This document shows, piece after piece, positions 6,422-8,159 of a DNA stretch of 8,159 bases (the first letter of the stretch is position 1; each line of letters starts with the position of its first letter). Origin of the DNA: a virus (taxonomy: Duplodnaviria; Heunggongvirae; Uroviricota; Caudoviricetes); IMG/VR virus record IMGVR_UViG_2671180710_000005. One strand, 5' to 3'. Position numbers and translations under genes: made by a program. Below the pieces are notes generated by a model. It was not told the DNA's origin. It saw nothing but the letters and a program-made list of their open reading frames with translations, and did not search any database.

Positions 6422-7111
6422 ATGAAAACAACACTCTCAGAAAGACTTAAAGAAGCCAGATTAGCGCGAGGCCTTACACAAAAGGCGCTTGGGGATTTGG
6501 TCGGGGTTAGCCAGGCTGCTATTCAGAAAATCGAAACAGGGAAAGCTAATCAAACAACTAAAATCGTGGAGATCGCGAACGCTTTGGGTGTGCGCGCAGA
6601 ATGGTTATCTTCTGGCGTTGGAAATATGTCAGACAGTACAGTGCAACCAATACAATCAACTGTCAGCCATTCCAAATACTTCAAGATTGACGTTCTTGAT
6701 ATAGAAGTCAGTGCTGGGCCGGGAGTCATCAACCGTGAGTTTGTAGAAGTTCTACGCTCGGTTGAGTACTCGTTTGACGATGCTCGTCACATGTTCGATG
6801 GTAGGAAGGCGGAAAATATCCGCATCATTAACGTGCGTGGTGACAGCATGTCAGGAACGATCGAACCAGGTGATCTGCTGTTCGTTGATATCACAGTTAA
6901 ATCTTTCGACGGTGATGGTATCTATGCGTTTCTGTACGACGACACAGCCCATGTAAAGCGCCTGCAAATGATGAAGGATAAGCTGCTGGTCATCTCTGAT
7001 AACAAAAGCTACTCACCGTGGGACCCGATCGAGAAAGACGAGATGAACCGGGTGTTCATCTTCGGTAAGGTTATTGGGAGCATGCCGCAGACATATAGGA
7101 AGCATGGGTAG
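6422..7111 (+). CDS. cI: CI-type phage repressor (N-terminal XRE-family HTH, C-terminal S24/LexA-like autopeptidase domain), about 229 aa
   Basis: The N-terminus (LSERLKEARLARGLTQKALGDLVGVSQAAIQKIETGK) is a classic HTH. An Ala-Gly cleavage site (EVSAGPG), a Ser in RGDSMSGTI and a Lys in HVKRLQ match the LexA/CI autocleavage module. Start set at ATG 6422; the track ORF begins at an upstream TTG at 6407. Confidence 0.9.
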   Translation: MKTTLSERLKEARLARGLTQKALGDLVGVSQAAIQKIETGKANQTTKIVEIANALGVRAEWLSSGVGNMSDSTVQPIQSTVSHSKYFKIDVLDIEVSAGPGVINREFVEVLRSVEYSFDDARHMFDGRKAENIRIINVRGDSMSGTIEPGDLLFVDITVKSFDGDGIYAFLYDDTAHVKRLQMMKDKLLVISDNKSYSPWDPIEKDEMNRVFIFGKVIGSMPQTYRKHG

Positions 7112-7232
7112 TACCAATTAAAAATTATCAACTGGGCATTGTGCTCATTCAGTAAAGAACTAATTCCTATCTTTGCTCTAGGTAGTAATATTAAGCCACC
7201 GCAATAATATCTTTACCTAACGGCGTAAGAAT

Positions 7233-7259
7233 CCCGGTCACCGTGCCGGGTTTTCTTTT
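7233..7259 (+). terminator. Putative intrinsic terminator downstream of cI
   Basis: GC-rich hairpin CCCGG-tcaccgtg-CCGGG (7233-7250) followed by TTTTCTTTT. Confidence 0.6.
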
Positions 7260-7369
7260 GCCCTCCCCTCATCACACACACCGTTAAAAAAACCACCATA
7301 ACCTCGCTTCAGTTATCGCTATGCGATTCAAGTCACAAAATAAATCCATCCTAAATACAACCAGTTATA

Positions 7370-7430
7370 TCTAAAACAACCAATAAAACAACTTTTGTTG
7401 TTGACGATAAAACAACTATAGTTTTAAATA
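7370..7430 (+). promoter_or_regulatory. OL operators and pL-like promoter
   Basis: Palindromes AACAACTTTTGTTGTT (7387-7402) and AAAACAACTATAGTTTT (7409-7425) share the GTTGTT/AACAAC half-site with OR. -35 TTGACG (7401-7406), 17-bp spacer, -10 TTAAAT (7424-7429), directed toward the early-left genes. Confidence 0.5.
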
Positions 7431-7706
7431 AGTTCATCGCAACAACACAACGATACGGCAACTACCTGATTCACCGTTGCGATGACCGCTTAGATCCGCA
7501 GTTTGAATTTCAGCAGGCTTCGGGGAGTGCGAGGGGTGAAACGGACGCGTGAACGTCGGTGTGACCAGCTGAAATTAACTCAACATTTCATACCTTAGTC
7601 GCTTCAACGAGGCGGCTTAGTTATGACAACCGGCGGCCATCCACCGCCTGAATACGCGCAGAAGTCTCTATATGTTCAGCAGCCCAGCTTACGGGCAGGA
7701 GTTTTT

Positions 7707-7913
7707 ATGGTTCATCAACATTATGGAACGCAGACCGTTAATCGAGGTGCGGTCATGCCAGGAATGCTGGTCAAACACAAAGATGGTACCTGGACTGCAT
7801 CAGCTAATTTACGCGGACGGCTTTATCTGCATCGCGGCATCGAGCGCACTTATACCCGTGATTTGCTCGTGGAAGTTTTTCTCGACGGACGCGGTAACGG
7901 CCTGAATCACTAA
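7707..7913 (+). CDS. Hypothetical small protein (68 aa from ATG 7707; the track ORF extends to 7623) in the pL operon
   Basis: AGGAG SD 5 nt upstream of ATG 7707. Codon usage is ordinary. No arginine-rich motif, so it is not an N-like antiterminator; no family recognised. The overlapping alternative frame 7672-7905 lacks an SD. Confidence 0.4.
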   Translation: MVHQHYGTQTVNRGAVMPGMLVKHKDGTWTASANLRGRLYLHRGIERTYTRDLLVEVFLDGRGNGLNH

Positions 7914-7988
7914 TCCCCTTTCCTGTTTTCCTAATCAGCCTGGCATTTCGCGGGCGATATTTTCACAGCCATTTTCAGGAGGTCAGCC

Positions 7989-8134
7989 ATGAACGCTTAT
8001 TACATTCAGGATCGTCTTGAGGCTCAGAGCTGGGCGCGTCACTACCAGCAGATCGCCCGTGAAGAGAAAGAGGCAGAACTGGCAGACGACATGGAAAAAG
8101 GCCTGCCCCAGCACCTGTTTGAATCGCTATGCAT
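7989..8134 (+). CDS. ea10: Ea10-like protein, N-terminal fragment (about 49 codons), cut by the terminal IS-like repeat
   Basis: [48 protein letters not shown] matches the lambda Ea10 N-terminus as recalled. Strong SD (CAGGAGG). The reading frame runs into the 25-bp terminal repeat, after which similarity ends. Confidence 0.65.
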
Positions 8135-8159
8135 TGAATCGCCCCGGGAATCCTGGAGA
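8135..8159 (+). mobile_element. Outermost 25 bp of a probable IS3-family insertion sequence (IS629/IS1203-like end); the IS body would lie right of the window
   Basis: TGAATCGCCCCGGGAATCCTGGAGA is the exact reverse complement of positions 1-25. It begins with TG, as IS3-family ends do, and interrupts the ea10-like ORF. Confidence 0.55.

Noticed and set aside
6489-6956. ORFs 6489-6704 (+), 6550-6732 (-) and 6762-6956 (+) within cI
   Set aside because: Alternative frames or antisense inside the cI repressor gene, which has clear domain signatures.
7672-7905. Alternative 77-aa reading frame overlapping the small pL-operon ORF
   Set aside because: No SD, and a Cys/Phe-rich translation; the other frame has an AGGAG SD at the correct spacing.
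1-8159. Terminal inverted repeats as cloning linker or sequencing adaptor rather than IS ends
   Set aside because: Not fully excluded, but the TG...CA termini and the resemblance to known IS3-family ends favour IS copies; this needs a database check.

Overview
This 8.2 kb window reads as a segment of an enterobacterial (E. coli/Shigella-type) lambdoid prophage, oriented so that lambda 'rightward' genes lie on the minus strand. From right to left it carries a truncated ea10-like gene, a small unknown ORF, OL/pL, a cI repressor, OR, a cro-like gene, a 179-aa protein in the cII position (possibly YdaT-like), O with ori iterons inside it, P and ren. Next comes an AT-rich accessory island with emrE and a 508-aa large serine recombinase (ybcK-like, as in the DLP12 cryptic prophage). 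No N gene and no rexAB are present. The left ~1.2 kb holds two unrecognised ORFs (107 aa, 118 aa) separated by a 460-bp ORF-free stretch that I could not classify; this is the best candidate for something undescribed. The first and last 25 bp are perfect inverted repeats of each other and resemble IS3-family insertion-sequence ends; the right copy cuts the ea10-like ORF. All homology statements come from recalled protein sequences and from reading the DNA, not from searches. No CRISPR array, tRNA or rRNA was found.
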